Shown here one piece after another: positions 10,510-21,624 of a DNA stretch of 64,000 bases. Position 1 is the stretch's first letter, and each line of letters opens with the position of its first letter. Made by a program: the position numbers and the translations under genes. The notes below the pieces were generated by a model. It was not told where the DNA came from and ran no database searches. It worked only from the letters and a program-made list of their open reading frames with translations. This DNA comes from an uncultured Gammaproteobacteria bacterium. GTDB lineage: Bacteria > Pseudomonadota > Gammaproteobacteria > CAWCPV01. The DNA lies in assembly GCA_963797555.1 (NCBI GenBank), contig CAWCPV010000005.1, positions 128,001-192,000 on the forward strand, in the 5' to 3' direction.

Positions 10510-11945
10510 TGCCAATAATGACTGAGACACGGGTTTCCTGGAATGTAAGTATGATTCGAGGGCGGACTGGAGGATGTCATGCCCAAGCCTGTTTCAGTTG
10601 GAAGTGGTACTGAGGTGGTAGCCAACCCTGAGCATGATCGGGGGCTGCATCGGCGCTTCTCGGCGAAAGGCGCACCTCGGCACGCGGCAAATCGGTATCT
10701 TTTCAGAATCCGCGCGTCCTCAACACCCCCACCGCTCCGACCACCGAGACGGACGCCTTTCCATATGAAAACCCAGGACTTTTCAGTCCTCCCCCAGCAA
10801 GGCATCAACGGGCGAGATCAGGGTCCTCTGAAGGTACTCAAGGATGCCAAGGACCGGCGCATCGAGGCGCTGGAGCGCGACAAGGCGATCCTCACGCGCA
10901 AGCTCCTCATCGCCGAGAAGCTCCTTGAGCTCCAAAAAAAGCCCAGGAGTTGTTGGCGGCCACCGAGAGCGAGCACGTGCCATGAGTGCGCTTCACTCGA
11001 AGCGCGTGACCCGGTGGTGCCGCTCAAGTCCGCCTGTGCGGCCCTGGGGCTTGCGCGGGCGACACTCTATCGGCACCGACCGCGGGTTACTCGGCCTGCC
11101 AGCGGTCCACGGTGTAGCCCACGGCGCCTGAGCGAGGCGCAGCGCCGGGAAGTGCTCGAGGTGCTCCACGAGGAGCGCTTCATCGACCAGCCCCCGGCTG
11201 AGGTCTACGCCAAGCTTCTGGACGAGGGGCGGTATCTGTGTTCTGTTCGCACCATGCATCGGCTGTTGGCCGAATCCGCAGAGTCGGGCGAGCGGCGCGC
11301 CATGCGCCCCAAAACTCACCATCCCGTGCCGCGCTTGGAGGCAAGCGCCCCCAACCAGGTCTGGACCTGGGACATCACCAAGCTCGCCACCCTGAGCCGA
11401 GGGGTGTTCCTGAATCTCTACGTGGTGCTCGACCTCTACAGCCGCTTCGTGGTGGCTTGGATGCTGGCGGCCCGCGAGAACAGTGCACTCGCCAAACAAC
11501 TGCTGGCAGAAGCCATCCATCGCCATGGCATCGAGCCACGCAGCCTGCGGGTCCACCAGGACCGCGGTGCCCCCATGACCGCACGGGGCTTTCTCGACCT
11601 CCTGGCGGAGCTGAAGGTGGAGCCCTCTCACTCCCGCCCCAGGGTGAGTAACGACAATCCCTTCTCCGAGTCTCAGTTCAAGACCCTCAAGTACCAGCCG
11701 GACTTTCCCGGTCGCTTCCGAGGTCTCGAGCAGGGGCGGGCTTGGTGCACCGAGTTCTTCGACTGGTACAACCACCACCATCAGCATTCGGGGCTCGCCT
11801 TGTTCACGCCCGCCAATTTGTTCTGCGGGCGTGTCGAAGCACTCCTTGCCACACGCCAGGTGGCGCTCGATGCAGCGTACGCAGCACATCCCGAGCGCTT
11901 CGTGCGCGGACGGCCCGTCGCTGCCCGGCCCCCCAAGGTGGTCGT
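10510..11945 (+). mobile_element. IS3-family element, orfA degraded and 3' end truncated
   Basis: rve core WTWDITKL, HQDRG, SNDNPFSESQFKTLKY; A7G slippery site ~10934-10941; left-end-like TGCCAATAATGACTGAGACAC. Confidence 0.85.
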
Positions 11946-12170
11946 GCCTTACCGAGTCTTCGATGAGCGCCGCGACGGGCCCGCTGACCGCAGCGCCGAT
12001 GACAAGACGCTCAACGAACGGGTCGACCAAGCCATTGTCCGCCTCGCCCCGGAAAGCCCCCGCAGATCACCCTTCCGGCGACCCTTGCGCTCCCACCCCA
12101 GACCAACCGCCACCCGCAAGAACAGCCCCTAACTCTCGCCTCAAGGGGACATTTTCTACTTTGGGTTGAC
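11946..12170 (+). mobile_element. 3' remnant and right end of an ISNCY (IS1202-group-like) element
   Basis: PYRVFDE..DDKTLNERVD and PADHP peptides; end-like GGGGACATTTTCTACTTTGGGTTGAC. Confidence 0.5.
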
Positions 12171-12315
12171 GGGTCGGTCGCCAAAAAAAAGCGCGGCTGC
12201 TAGCCGCGCTGAAAACCACCAAAGGAGGATGGAGGAGCCTAAAGACTTTGCTGAACATCACAGCAAATCAGTACGTCAATATTGTCTAATATTAAAATCT
12301 TGCTGTCAAGGGGTG

Positions 12316-13008
12316 TGTTGCGAGCTAAATAAATTGTCCAGGGTTGTAGCACGTGATCTGTCCGGTTACATGGTCTGCCCGGAGGTGGGCCATGAGACCG
12401 ACAGAACTGCTACAGGAGATCCGGACGATGAGGTTCGAGGAAACGTATGGAAGGTTGGCGGCAGGGGCGGCTGAGGCAAGAGGAGGCAGCCAGGCTCCTG
12501 GGAGGGGTGTGAGCGGACGTTTCGCCGTTACATCGACCGTTATGAGGACGAGGGCCTGGACGGACTCATCGACAAGCGGCTGTCGCAAATCTCCCATCGT
12601 CGGGCGCCGGTCGATGAGGTGCTGAGGCTGACGGAGCGCTATGCCAGGCGGCATCTGGGCTGGAACGTCAAGCACTTTTACAGCTGGTACCGGCGTGAGG
12701 GCGGTGGGCGCAGCTACACCCTGCAGGCGTCGGGGCTAGTGAAGAAGGCGAGCAGGCGGGGTACCCACCGCAAACGAAGGGACCGTGCACCCTTGCCTGG
12801 CATGATGCTGCACCAGTATGCCAGCCGTCATGAGTGGGTGGCAGGGCGATCTGGTGGTCACCATGGATGATGCGACGCATGAGCACTACGGCATGTTCTT
12901 CGTAGAGGAAGAGGGCACGGCCTCGAGCTTCCGAGGGGTGCAAGAGGTGATCGAGCTGCGCGGGCTATTCAGCTCGCTCTACACCGATCGGGGTAGCCAC
13001 GACTGGCA
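12316..13008 (+). mobile_element. ISNCY-family transposase 5' fragment, frameshifted
   Basis: Left end TGTTGCGAGCTAAATAAATTGTCC; fragments MRFEETYG, GWNVKHFY, GMMLHQ, TMDDAT, LYTDRGSH in different frames. Confidence 0.8.
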
Positions 13009-13031
13009 TGCAGTGCACAGGCATCACGCAC

Positions 13032-13777
13032 TCAAAAGGCACGTCCCGTGGCCCGCGCGCACACCCAGATGTCCACCCGCTCGGCTCCGGCGGCTTGGAC
13101 TGCCCTGGCGAGTGCCTCCACCGTGTGACCAGTGGTCATGACATCGTCTACGATGGCCACGTGGCGCTCGAGGGGTTTGTCCGCCCGAAACGCACCGCGC
13201 ACGTTACGGCGCCGCAGATTGGCTGGGATGGAGGATTGCGCCGCCGTGGGCCTGACTCGACTGCAGGAGTCGAGATCGATGGGGATGCCGAGCCGGTGAG
13301 CGATGGGACGTGCGAGACTCCACGGCCTGGTTGAAGCCTCGTGCGCGCAGGCGCGTGGAGTGCAGCGGGACCGGGATAAGGCGTTGCGGCCATGGGCCTC
13401 CCTCTGACGCGAGGGCGGTCGCCATGAGAATCTCCCAAGGCCCGGGCCATGACCAGTCTCCCGTGGAACTTGAGTGCCGTGATCATGTGGTCCACGGGCC
13501 AGCCGTAGCGGAAGGCGGCCACCGTGTGCCGATAGGGCGGCGGGCGCTGCTGACAGTGCCCGCACACCGCAGACACCTGCAAGGGTGCGGCGCAGACGGT
13601 ACACCCTGCGGCGGGGCGTGGCAGCTCCGCGAGGCAACCGGCGCACAAATCCAGGCCCGGGAGTCCGCGGTCTCCGCAGAGCAGGCAGATGGCAGGCAAC
13701 AGGCGTTCGCGCAGGTGGCCTGCCAAGGAGCGGGCGGACCTCCGTGCGATTGACAGGCCGCGGCGAGCGCTTATCAT
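13032..13777 (-). pseudogene. comF: ComF-family phosphoribosyltransferase, several frameshifts
   Basis: Double zinc ribbon CLLC/CAGC/CTVC/CGHC, IPVPLH..RGFNQA and IVDDVMTTG are spread over three frames; divergent from the bio operon. Confidence 0.85.
13056..13138. repeat. 83-bp direct repeat, copy B (inside comF 3' end)
   Basis: Matches 10220-10302. Confidence 0.95.
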
Positions 13778-13864
13778 GAACACCGCGCTAGCATACCTCC
13801 TATGCAGGCTCTCCGGGCACGCCATAGCGCGGGCCCGAGCACCCGACTTGCCGACCCCTGCGAC

Positions 13865-15019
13865 GTGAGCGACACGTTCGACTTGGTCCCGGACCTCGCG
13901 CGGCTGCGCACGCAGCATCTGTACCGCACCCGCCTGATCCTGGAGGGGCCACAGGCTACCGAGGCGGTCGTGGGGGGTGCGAGTTATACGTCCTTCTGCA
14001 GCAACGACTATCTGGGGCTCGCCAACCATCCGGAAGTGCGGGAGGCTCTGAAGCGGGGGGTGGACGACTACGGGGTGGGCAGCGGGGCGTCCCACCTCAT
14101 CATCGGCCATAGCCGGGCGCACCACGCACTGGAGGAGGAGCTGGCTCATTTCACCGGGCGGCCCCGGGCGCTGCTCTTCTCGACGGGCTACATGGCTAAT
14201 TTGGGGGTCATCGCTGCCCTCCTGGGCCGGCGTGACCTAGTGGCGCAGGATCGGCTGAGCCACGCTTCGCTCATCGACGGAGCGCGGCTATCGGGTGCCC
14301 GGTTCAGGCGCTACGTTCATTGCGACGTTGCGGGGCTGGAACGATGCCTGGAGGGCGAAAGCGCGCCCCGCAAACTGGCAGTCAGCGACGGGGTATTCAG
14401 CATGGACGGCGACATAGCCCCGGTCTCCGAACTGGCAGAGGCGGCGGCGCGACAGGGCGCCTGGCTGATGATCGACGATGCCCACGGCCTGGGCGTTCTC
14501 GGTCCGTCCGGGAAGGGCACGCTCGATCACTACCGATGCGATTGGAAGCAGGTGCCCGTGCTGATGGCCACCCTGGGCAAGGCTTTGGGCACCTTCGGAG
14601 CGTTTGTGGCGGGCGAAGAGGCTCTCATCGACACCCTGATCCAGGGCGCGCGCAGTTACATCTACACGACGGCGCTGCCGCCGGCCCTGGCCGAGGCGAC
14701 GCGGGCGAGCCTGAAGGTGGTGCAGCGGGAGCCGTGGCGGCGCGAGTGGCTCATGCAGCTTGTGCAGCGCTTCCGGCGCGGCGCGGCGCAGTTGAGCCTG
14801 CCCCTGTTGCCGTCCGCCACACCCATCCAGCCGCTGGCGGTGCCCGATTCAGGCACGGCGCTCAGGTGGGCCGAGACGTTGCGGGGCGCCGGCATCCTGG
14901 TGCAGGCGATCCGCCCCCCGACCGTCCCCCGCGGGGCGCGGCTGCGCATCGCCTTCTCCGCCGCCCATACCGAGGAGCACGTGGACCGGCTTCTGGATGC
15001 CTTGGAAGGAGTATCGTGA
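13865..15019 (+). CDS. bioF: 8-amino-7-oxononanoate synthase
   Basis: FCSNDYLGLA, DGVFSMDGD, IDDAHG, TLGKALG, IRPPTVP. Confidence 0.95.
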   Translation: MSDTFDLVPDLARLRTQHLYRTRLILEGPQATEAVVGGASYTSFCSNDYLGLANHPEVREALKRGVDDYGVGSGASHLIIGHSRAHHALEEELAHFTGRPRALLFSTGYMANLGVIAALLGRRDLVAQDRLSHASLIDGARLSGARFRRYVHCDVAGLERCLEGESAPRKLAVSDGVFSMDGDIAPVSELAEAAARQGAWLMIDDAHGLGVLGPSGKGTLDHYRCDWKQVPVLMATLGKALGTFGAFVAGEEALIDTLIQGARSYIYTTALPPALAEATRASLKVVQREPWRREWLMQLVQRFRRGAAQLSLPLLPSATPIQPLAVPDSGTALRWAETLRGAGILVQAIRPPTVPRGARLRIAFSAAHTEEHVDRLLDALEGVS

Positions 15020-15780
15020 CGCTGCACGTCGAGGTCGCGGGGAAAGGCTCTCCGCTGGTCCTGGTGCATGGCTGGGGTTTCGCCTCCAGCGTTTGGGAGG
15101 AGACGACGGCAGCGCTCGCCGAACGCTTTGAGGTCAGCCGGGTCGACCTGCCGGGTTTCGGCCGCAGTGCCCAGACGGCGGCTCCGAGCACCTTGCAGGA
15201 TCTCGCAGCGGAGCTGGCGCTGGCCGTGCCGCAGCCGGCCGCTTGGCTGGGATGGTCACTCGGGGGAATGGCGTGTATCCGGCTCGCCGCCGACTGGCCG
15301 GGCCAAGTAGACAGGCTGATCGTGGTCGCTGCCAGCGCGCGCTTCACGCGAGAGGCGGCCTGGCCGGGCGTCGATGCGGCGGTATTGGAGTCCTTTGCTC
15401 GGGATCTAGAACGGGACTACCGGGCGACCTTGCTGCGCTTCGTGTCCTTGCAGGTCCGGGGCAGCGAGCGGGCGTTGCAGGTGCAGCGCTGGCTGCGGCG
15501 GCACCTGAGCGTCCCCGGACCGGTGCCGGTGCGCGCCGTGCGTGCCGGGCTGCAGATCCTGCTGGAGGCTGACCTGCGGCCGTTGCTGAGAAGGGTGCGG
15601 TGCCCGACGCTGCTGGTTTTCGGGGATCGCGATCCGCTGGTACCCGCAGCCGCTGCACTAGCGATGAGAGAGATGCTTCCCGGTTCTACTTTAGAGCTGA
15701 TCCGCGGCGCCGGTCACGCGCCCTTCCTGTCGCACCCGCAGCGCTTCGTCGATGCCGTCCGGTGTTTTCTGGATGTCTGA
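15016..15780 (+). CDS. bioH: Pimeloyl-ACP methyl ester esterase
   Basis: LVHGWG, GWSLGG nucleophile elbow, AGHAPFLSHP; operon position. Confidence 0.93.
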   Translation: MTLHVEVAGKGSPLVLVHGWGFASSVWEETTAALAERFEVSRVDLPGFGRSAQTAAPSTLQDLAAELALAVPQPAAWLGWSLGGMACIRLAADWPGQVDRLIVVAASARFTREAAWPGVDAAVLESFARDLERDYRATLLRFVSLQVRGSERALQVQRWLRRHLSVPGPVPVRAVRAGLQILLEADLRPLLRRVRCPTLLVFGDRDPLVPAAAALAMREMLPGSTLELIRGAGHAPFLSHPQRFVDAVRCFLDV

Positions 15781-16651
15781 TCGGGATCGCTATGCTCTGG
15801 ACCCTCGGGACGTGCGCCGTTCGTTCCAGGAGGCCGCCCCTCTTTACGACGGTGTTGCGTTGCTTCAGCGGCGCGTGCGCGAATCCATGCTGGAGAGGCT
15901 GGAGCTGGTGAAGATCACGCCGCGCACGGTCCTGGATGCGGGCGCGGGGACCGGGCACACGGCGGCGGCGTTGGCGAGGCGCTACTCCGGCGCGCTGGTG
16001 GTCGCCATGGACTTGGCACCGGCCATGCTGGAGCAGGCCCGACGGCGCGCCGCATGGTTTCGCAAACAAGGGTTCGTCTGCGCTGACCTCCAGCGCGCGC
16101 CCCTGGCCGATGGCAGCGTGGACCTGCTGTTCTCCAGTCTCGCTCTGCAATGGTGCAGCGACTTGGACGCGGTTTTCGCGGAATTTCACCGCATCCTGGC
16201 GGCGGACGGCCTGCTCACTTTCTCCACCTTCGGACCGGACACGCTGAAGGAGCTGCGGGATGCCTGGCGACAGGCCGACGAGTTCAGCCACGTGAACGCC
16301 TTCCTGGACATGCACGACATTGGGGACGCACTGGTACGGGCCGGCTTCCAAGGAGCGGCGTTGGACGTAGAGCGTTTCACGCTGACCTATCCCGACGTGT
16401 ATGGTCTTATGCGCGACCTCAAGGCCATGGGGGCGCACAACGTGACCGCGGGACGCCGCCCCGCGCTCACCGGCAAGGGGCGAATCGCGGCCATGACGCG
16501 CAACTACGAGGCGCGGCGCACCGATGCCGGGCAGATCCCGGCGAGCTACGAGGTGGTCTACGGCCATGCCTGGACCCCACAGACCCGTGGACACGCGTCG
16601 GACGACGGTTTCCGGATACCGGTCTCGGCAGTGCGCCGGACCATTCGCTGA
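15773..16651 (+). CDS. bioC: Malonyl-ACP O-methyltransferase
   Basis: LDAGAGTG, LALQW, FSTFGPDTLKELR, DMHDIGD. Confidence 0.95.
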   Translation: MSDRDRYALDPRDVRRSFQEAAPLYDGVALLQRRVRESMLERLELVKITPRTVLDAGAGTGHTAAALARRYSGALVVAMDLAPAMLEQARRRAAWFRKQGFVCADLQRAPLADGSVDLLFSSLALQWCSDLDAVFAEFHRILAADGLLTFSTFGPDTLKELRDAWRQADEFSHVNAFLDMHDIGDALVRAGFQGAALDVERFTLTYPDVYGLMRDLKAMGAHNVTAGRRPALTGKGRIAAMTRNYEARRTDAGQIPASYEVVYGHAWTPQTRGHASDDGFRIPVSAVRRTIR

Positions 16652-16658
16652 CGGCGGG

Positions 16659-17342
16659 ATGATGCGCGGCTTCTTCCTGACCGGGACGGACACCGGCGTC
16701 GGCAAGACCTGTGTCGCCCTGGGGCTCATGGCGGGCCTGCAAGCGCGAGGCCATACGGTGCTCGGCATGAAGCCGGTGGCAACGGGCTGCCGCCCGACCC
16801 GCCAGGGTCTGCGCAACGACGACGCCGTGCGCCTGCGACGCCGGGCGTCGCTCCGCGTCCCCTACCGCTGGGTCAACCCCTATGCCTTCGAGCCGCCCGT
16901 GGCGCCACACATCGCGGCTGGCGAGTGCGGCGTATCCATCGATCTGTCCCTCATCGGTGCCAGCATGGCGCAGCTCGCGGGGCGAGCGGACTTGGTGGTG
17001 GTGGAGGGCTTGGGCGGCTGGAGGGTACCGCTCGGGCCCGACACGACGGTGGCCGACCTCGCCGTGACCCTGGGCGTCCCCGTCGTGCTGGTGGTGGCGG
17101 TGCGGCTGGGATGTTTGAACCACGCCCTGCTCACCTACGAGAGCATCCTCCGAGCAGAGGTACGTCTTGCGGGCTGGGTGGCGAACCGGGCGGATCCCCA
17201 TTGCGATCGCTTCGAGGCGAACATTGCAACTCTACGTCAACGTCTGGCCGCCCCCCTGATCGGCACGCTGCCGCACATGCCCCGACCGGGCGCAGTGGCG
17301 GCGGCACGCCTGCTGAATTTGGGGCTGTTCGCGGGGATCTAG
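16659..17342 (+). CDS. bioD: Dethiobiotin synthase
   Basis: TGTDTGVGKT, MKPVATG, VEGLGG, LGCLNHALL. Confidence 0.95.
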   Translation: MMRGFFLTGTDTGVGKTCVALGLMAGLQARGHTVLGMKPVATGCRPTRQGLRNDDAVRLRRRASLRVPYRWVNPYAFEPPVAPHIAAGECGVSIDLSLIGASMAQLAGRADLVVVEGLGGWRVPLGPDTTVADLAVTLGVPVVLVVAVRLGCLNHALLTYESILRAEVRLAGWVANRADPHCDRFEANIATLRQRLAAPLIGTLPHMPRPGAVAAARLLNLGLFAGI

Positions 17343-17848
17343 GGGAACGGCGGGATGGTGGGCTCGGTGCCCTCGATTTCGGCCTCGGGGTGGTGCTGCT
17401 TGACCATCTCCTCGATGGCCTCCACCTTGGCCTTCGGGACGTCCACCAACATCAGCACCTCCCCTTGCTCGATCGCCTTCGTGAACTCCTTGATGCGGCT
17501 ATTCGGGATGGAAGCGCCGATCATGCTCGATACCCACGCGCCGACGCCGGCCCCGGCCAGCGCGATGGCGAGCACCGCGCCGCCACCGAGGATCAACCCG
17601 GCTGGTGGAAAGGTGATCGCCGCCAGTCCGGCCAGCACCCCGGTCGCTCCCCCAATGGCCAAGCCCTTCTCCAGGGCCGGGACAAAGTCCGTTTTCTGCA
17701 GGAATGTCGCCTCCGGCAAGTCCTCCATCGGCGTCCCCTCCTTGGCGACCAGATGCATGTGCCTCTCCTCCACGCGGGCAAGCAGCAGCTCGTCCACGAC
17801 CTTCCGCGCCGTGTCGATGTCGGGTACCAGAAAATAGATTCTCCTCAT
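17339..17848 (-). CDS. DUF1269-like membrane protein
   Basis: GGAG RBS; MRRIYFLVPD start; Gly/Ala-rich TM hairpin. Confidence 0.75.
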   Translation of the reverse strand: MRRIYFLVPDIDTARKVVDELLLARVEERHMHLVAKEGTPMEDLPEATFLQKTDFVPALEKGLAIGGATGVLAGLAAITFPPAGLILGGGAVLAIALAGAGVGAWVSSMIGASIPNSRIKEFTKAIEQGEVLMLVDVPKAKVEAIEEMVKQHHPEAEIEGTEPTIPPFP

Positions 17849-18153
17849 TGGCGGTCTCCTGTCAGTAGGTCACCCTTATCTGTTTCAGCACCCACAGCAC
17901 TCGGCCCCTGAAGCTCCCGAGGCCCTGCTCCAACGCGTCGAGGGGCGCCGAGCGGGGGTGACGCCGGCCCCCTGGGACCTAAGGGCGCGGCGAGCGCTGG
18001 AGCAGGGCCACAGGCAGCGCAATCATATATCCCCCGCGTTGTGCTGACAAACCCCGCCGCGGTCTTGCGCCGGGCGGCTCTCCTACGGTATCCTGCCGCG
18101 CTGTTGTCGCGGGTCCCGATGGCTGCGAGACCCTGTCGGTGCGGCACGGGACA

Positions 18154-18690
18154 ATGGGTGTTTTCATGGTTCTCGCTCGGCGTGACCCGGACGCGGCTAA
18201 CTGGCAGTTCGTGATCCGCCCCAACCGCTCGCTTTCTTGGCGGGAGACCAAGGTTTTTTTTGCGCTGACGTGCGCCGTCTCCTTCACGATCGCGACCGTG
18301 TTTACAGCGCTGGGGGCGTGGCTGGTATTCCCTTTCGCCGGTCTCGAGATGCTGGCGTTGGGCGGCGCGCTCTATGTGAGCGCGTTGCGAGCAGCCTGCT
18401 ACGAGGTGGTAACTATCCGCAGCGGCGACCTCGAGGTCACCAAGGGCCGAAGGCGCATCACCGAGCGATGGGTGGTCCCTCGCCCTTGGGCTCAGGTTCG
18501 TCTGGAGCCAGGACGACACGAGTGGTACCCGAGCCAGTTGTGCATCGTGTCACGCGGCTGCGGCGTCGAGGTCGGCGGCTGTCTGAGCGAAGAAGAGCGC
18601 AGGTCGCTCGCCGCCGACCTGAAATCGGCTCTGCGCGCGAATGGTCCGGAGGGCCCGCGCGTGACGCTCGAACAAGAGACTATTGGGTAG
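18154..18690 (+). CDS. DUF2244-family membrane protein
   Basis: IRPNRSLS, PFAGLE, VEVGGCLSEEER; usual position upstream of cox genes. Confidence 0.8.
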   Translation: MGVFMVLARRDPDAANWQFVIRPNRSLSWRETKVFFALTCAVSFTIATVFTALGAWLVFPFAGLEMLALGGALYVSALRAACYEVVTIRSGDLEVTKGRRRITERWVVPRPWAQVRLEPGRHEWYPSQLCIVSRGCGVEVGGCLSEEERRSLAADLKSALRANGPEGPRVTLEQETIG

Positions 18691-18704
18691 ACAGAGGAAA
18701 CGAA

Positions 18705-19577
18705 ATGTCCGGTAACAGAGTGCCACTCGTCGCATGCTCCGGTGTCCTGGCGGCCCTGGACGCCGCTCCGGCAGCCGCGGACTATGCCGTGAACTTCCAA
18801 CCGCCGGTCACGCCGGTGGCGGCCGACATCTACGACCTCCACATGCTGGTCTTCTGGATCTGCGTGGTCATCGGCGCAGCAGTCTTCAGCGTCATGTTCT
18901 ACGCCATCTTCCGCTACCGGAAATCCGTCGGCGCCCAAGCCGCCCACTTTCACGAGAACACCGCGGTCGAAGTCATCTGGACGATCGTCCCCTTTCTCAT
19001 CCTCGTGGGGCTCGCGATCCCGGCCACGCGCACGCTCATCGCCATGGAGGACACGCGGGACGCCGATCTCACCGTCAAGGTGACAGGGTACCAGTGGAAG
19101 TGGAATTACGACTACGTGGATGACGGCGTCAGCTTCTTCAGCACCCTGTCCACACCCGGGGAAGCCATAGAGAATCGCGCACCCAAGGGAGAGCATTACC
19201 TGCTGGAGGTGGATCACGAGCTGGTCCTCCCCGTCGACAAGAAGGTCCGGTTTCTGATTACGGCGCACGACGTGATTCACTCCTGGTGGGTGCCCGCCTT
19301 GGGGGTGAAGAAGGATGCGATCCCCGGCTACATCAACGAGTCCTGGGCGAAGATCGAGAAGCCCGGTGTCTACCGCGGCCAGTGCGCGGAGTTGTGCGGC
19401 GTCGGCCACGGGTTCATGCCCATCGTCGTGCGCGCCGTCAGCGAGGGCGAATACAAGCGATGGATCGCACAGCAGAAGGCGGCCGCCCCGGCTCCGACAC
19501 CGACGAGCGGTGAATCGCAGGGCGAGGGGGCGAAAAAGGCGACCGCTGGGTCCGGCACAGCGGCAGGCAAAGTCTGA
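18705..19577 (+). CDS. coxB: Cytochrome c oxidase subunit II (A family)
   Basis: GYQWKW, DVIHSW, CuA motif CAELCGVGHGFM. Confidence 0.97.
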   Translation: MSGNRVPLVACSGVLAALDAAPAAADYAVNFQPPVTPVAADIYDLHMLVFWICVVIGAAVFSVMFYAIFRYRKSVGAQAAHFHENTAVEVIWTIVPFLILVGLAIPATRTLIAMEDTRDADLTVKVTGYQWKWNYDYVDDGVSFFSTLSTPGEAIENRAPKGEHYLLEVDHELVLPVDKKVRFLITAHDVIHSWWVPALGVKKDAIPGYINESWAKIEKPGVYRGQCAELCGVGHGFMPIVVRAVSEGEYKRWIAQQKAAAPAPTPTSGESQGEGAKKATAGSGTAAGKV

Positions 19578-19622
19578 CCCGACCGCGTCGTCCATCGATT
19601 GGATTCCAGTCAGGAGGGTTCG

Positions 19623-21194
19623 ATGAGCACAGCAGTGGCACACGGTGAGCACCACGAGATCCCAACGGGCATCAAACGCTGGCTGTTTACGACCAACCAC
19701 AAGGACATCGGGACGCTTTACCTGTTCCTGGCCTTGATCATGTTCTTCGTCGGCGGAACCATGGCGCTCATCATCCGCGCCGAGCTGTTTCAGCCTGGGC
19801 TGCAGATCACCACTCCGGCGTTCTTCAACGAGATGCAGACCGTGCATGCCCTGGTGATGATCTTCGGGGCGGTGATGCCAGCCTTCACCGGGCTCGCGAA
19901 CTGGCAGATCCCGATGATGATCGGGTCTCCCGACATGGCCCTGCCGCGCCTCAACAACTGGAGCTTCTGGCTCCTGCCGTTCGCTTTCACACTGCTGCTC
20001 TCGACGCTGTTCATGCCGGGGGGAGGTCCCCAGGGCGGCTGGACCCTCTACCCGCCGCTCGCCCTGCAGTTCGGCCCCGGGATGGACTTCGCGATTTTCT
20101 CCATCCACATCATGGGGGCTTCTTCCATTCTGGGTGCCATCAACGTGATCGCGACCATCCTCAACATGCGGGCCCCGGGGATGACCCTGATGAAGATGCC
20201 CCTGTTTGTATGGGCCTGGCTGATCACCGCTTTCTTGCTCATCGCCGTGATGCCGGTGCTGGCCGGAGCGGTGACCATGCTACTCACCGACCGGCACTTC
20301 GGCACCAGCTTCTTCGAGGCGGCGGGCGGCGGCGACCCGGTATTGTTCCAGCACATCTTCTGGTTCTTCGGGCATCCGGAGGTGTACATCCTGATCCTGC
20401 CGGCGTTCGGCGTGATCTCGCAGATCATCCCGACTTTCGCGCGCAAGCCGCTGTTCGGATACACCTCAATGGTATACGCCATCGCTTCCATCGCCTTCCT
20501 CTCGTTCATCGTCTGGGCACACCATATGTTCACTGTGGGGATGCCCTTGGCCGGCGAGCTGTTCTTCATGTATGCCACCGTGCTCATCGCAGTTCCGACC
20601 GGGGTGAAGGTATTCAACTGGGTGTCCACCATGTGGCGCGGCTCCATGAGCTTCGAGACGCCCATGCTGTGGGCGATCGCCTTCGTGGTGCTGTTCACCA
20701 TTGGCGGCTTCTCCGGCCTGATGCTGGGTGTGGCGCCGGCAGACTTCCAATACCAGGATACTTATTTCGTGGTGGCGCACTTCCACTATGTGCTCGTCTC
20801 CGGCGCGGTGTTCGCGATTATCGGAGCCGTGTACTTCTGGCTGCCGAAGTGGACCGGGCACATGTACGACGAGAAGCTGGGCAAGTGGCACTTCTGGCTC
20901 TCAGTCATCGGTATGAACGTCACCTTTTTCCCGCAGCACTTCCTGGGGCTGGCGGGCATGCCGCGCCGCATCCCGGATTACGCGGTGCAATTCACCGGGT
21001 TCAACGAGATCTCGAGCGTCGGCGCCTTCGTATTCGGGTTCTCGCAGCTCATCTTCGTCTACGTCGTCTACAAGACCATTCGGGGGGGCGCCAGGGCATC
21101 GGACCGGGTGTGGGAAGGCGCCAGGGGGCTGGAGTGGACGCTGCCGTCGCCGCCTCCTTATCACACCTTCGCGACGCCGCCGGAGGTCAAATAG
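19623..21194 (+). CDS. ctaD: Cytochrome c oxidase subunit I (A1 type)
   Basis: [27 protein letters not shown]. Confidence 0.98.
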   Translation: MSTAVAHGEHHEIPTGIKRWLFTTNHKDIGTLYLFLALIMFFVGGTMALIIRAELFQPGLQITTPAFFNEMQTVHALVMIFGAVMPAFTGLANWQIPMMIGSPDMALPRLNNWSFWLLPFAFTLLLSTLFMPGGGPQGGWTLYPPLALQFGPGMDFAIFSIHIMGASSILGAINVIATILNMRAPGMTLMKMPLFVWAWLITAFLLIAVMPVLAGAVTMLLTDRHFGTSFFEAAGGGDPVLFQHIFWFFGHPEVYILILPAFGVISQIIPTFARKPLFGYTSMVYAIASIAFLSFIVWAHHMFTVGMPLAGELFFMYATVLIAVPTGVKVFNWVSTMWRGSMSFETPMLWAIAFVVLFTIGGFSGLMLGVAPADFQYQDTYFVVAHFHYVLVSGAVFAIIGAVYFWLPKWTGHMYDEKLGKWHFWLSVIGMNVTFFPQHFLGLAGMPRRIPDYAVQFTGFNEISSVGAFVFGFSQLIFVYVVYKTIRGGARASDRVWEGARGLEWTLPSPPPYHTFATPPEVK

Positions 21195-21248
21195 CAGGTA
21201 CGAGAAGCGGGCGGCCCGGCGTGGGCCGGCCGCAATGCGGCGCGACGG

Positions 21249-21365
21249 ATGGCGGATCAGGACCGAAAGACCCGGCGTGCGAACCTCCGCCTGCTCGTGC
21301 TGTTGTTACTGTTGGCTGCGGGAATCTATATCGCATTCCTCGTGGGGTACGGGTTTACCCGGTGA
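21249..21365 (+). CDS. Small single-TM cytochrome oxidase-associated protein (38 aa)
   Basis: Manual translation MADQDRKTRRANLRLLVLLLLLAAGIYIAFLVGYGFTR directly after subunit I. Confidence 0.6.
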   Translation: MADQDRKTRRANLRLLVLLLLLAAGIYIAFLVGYGFTR

Positions 21366-21610
21366 CGGGATCGACCCCACGAACCGCAGTCCGCGTCCTG
21401 CTGGTGATGCCGCTGAGCGTCGCCCTCGGCATCTCGGCTTATTCGGTCTTGCGCATCCACAGCGTCATCTGCAAAGGCGGCGATATCGGCCCGGGGAGCG
21501 AGCACCCCGCCAACCCCGCTATCGGGAGGCGCAGCCGCTTTGTTCACGATCTCGCGGATAGCGCGGGGTTGACTGGAGCGCAATCGGTGACACCATTCAG
21601 GGCAAGCTAA
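21362..21610 (+). pseudogene. ctaG: Probable CtaG/Cox11 remnant
   Basis: GTGA-coupled ORF at the ctaG position; TM helix plus IHSVICK resembles the Cox11 N-terminus; no CFCF domain. Confidence 0.45.
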
Positions 21611-21624
21611 GAAGAGGAGCAGAG

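Noticed and set aside
10579-12132. 517-aa ORF as a novel transposase fusion
   Set aside because: Chance read-through across IS3 orfA/orfB debris and the tail of a different IS
18090-18115. RegA/RegR-like box upstream of the cox cluster (GCCGC-N6-GTCGC)
   Set aside because: Degenerate GC-rich motif that is expected by chance at this GC content
18492-20108. Long antisense or alternate-frame ORFs (538 aa here; also 35183-36811, 8364-9650, 20210-21610, 42106-43191)
   Set aside because: Shadows of well-supported genes in high-GC DNA, with low-complexity Arg/Gly/Pro composition and no motifs
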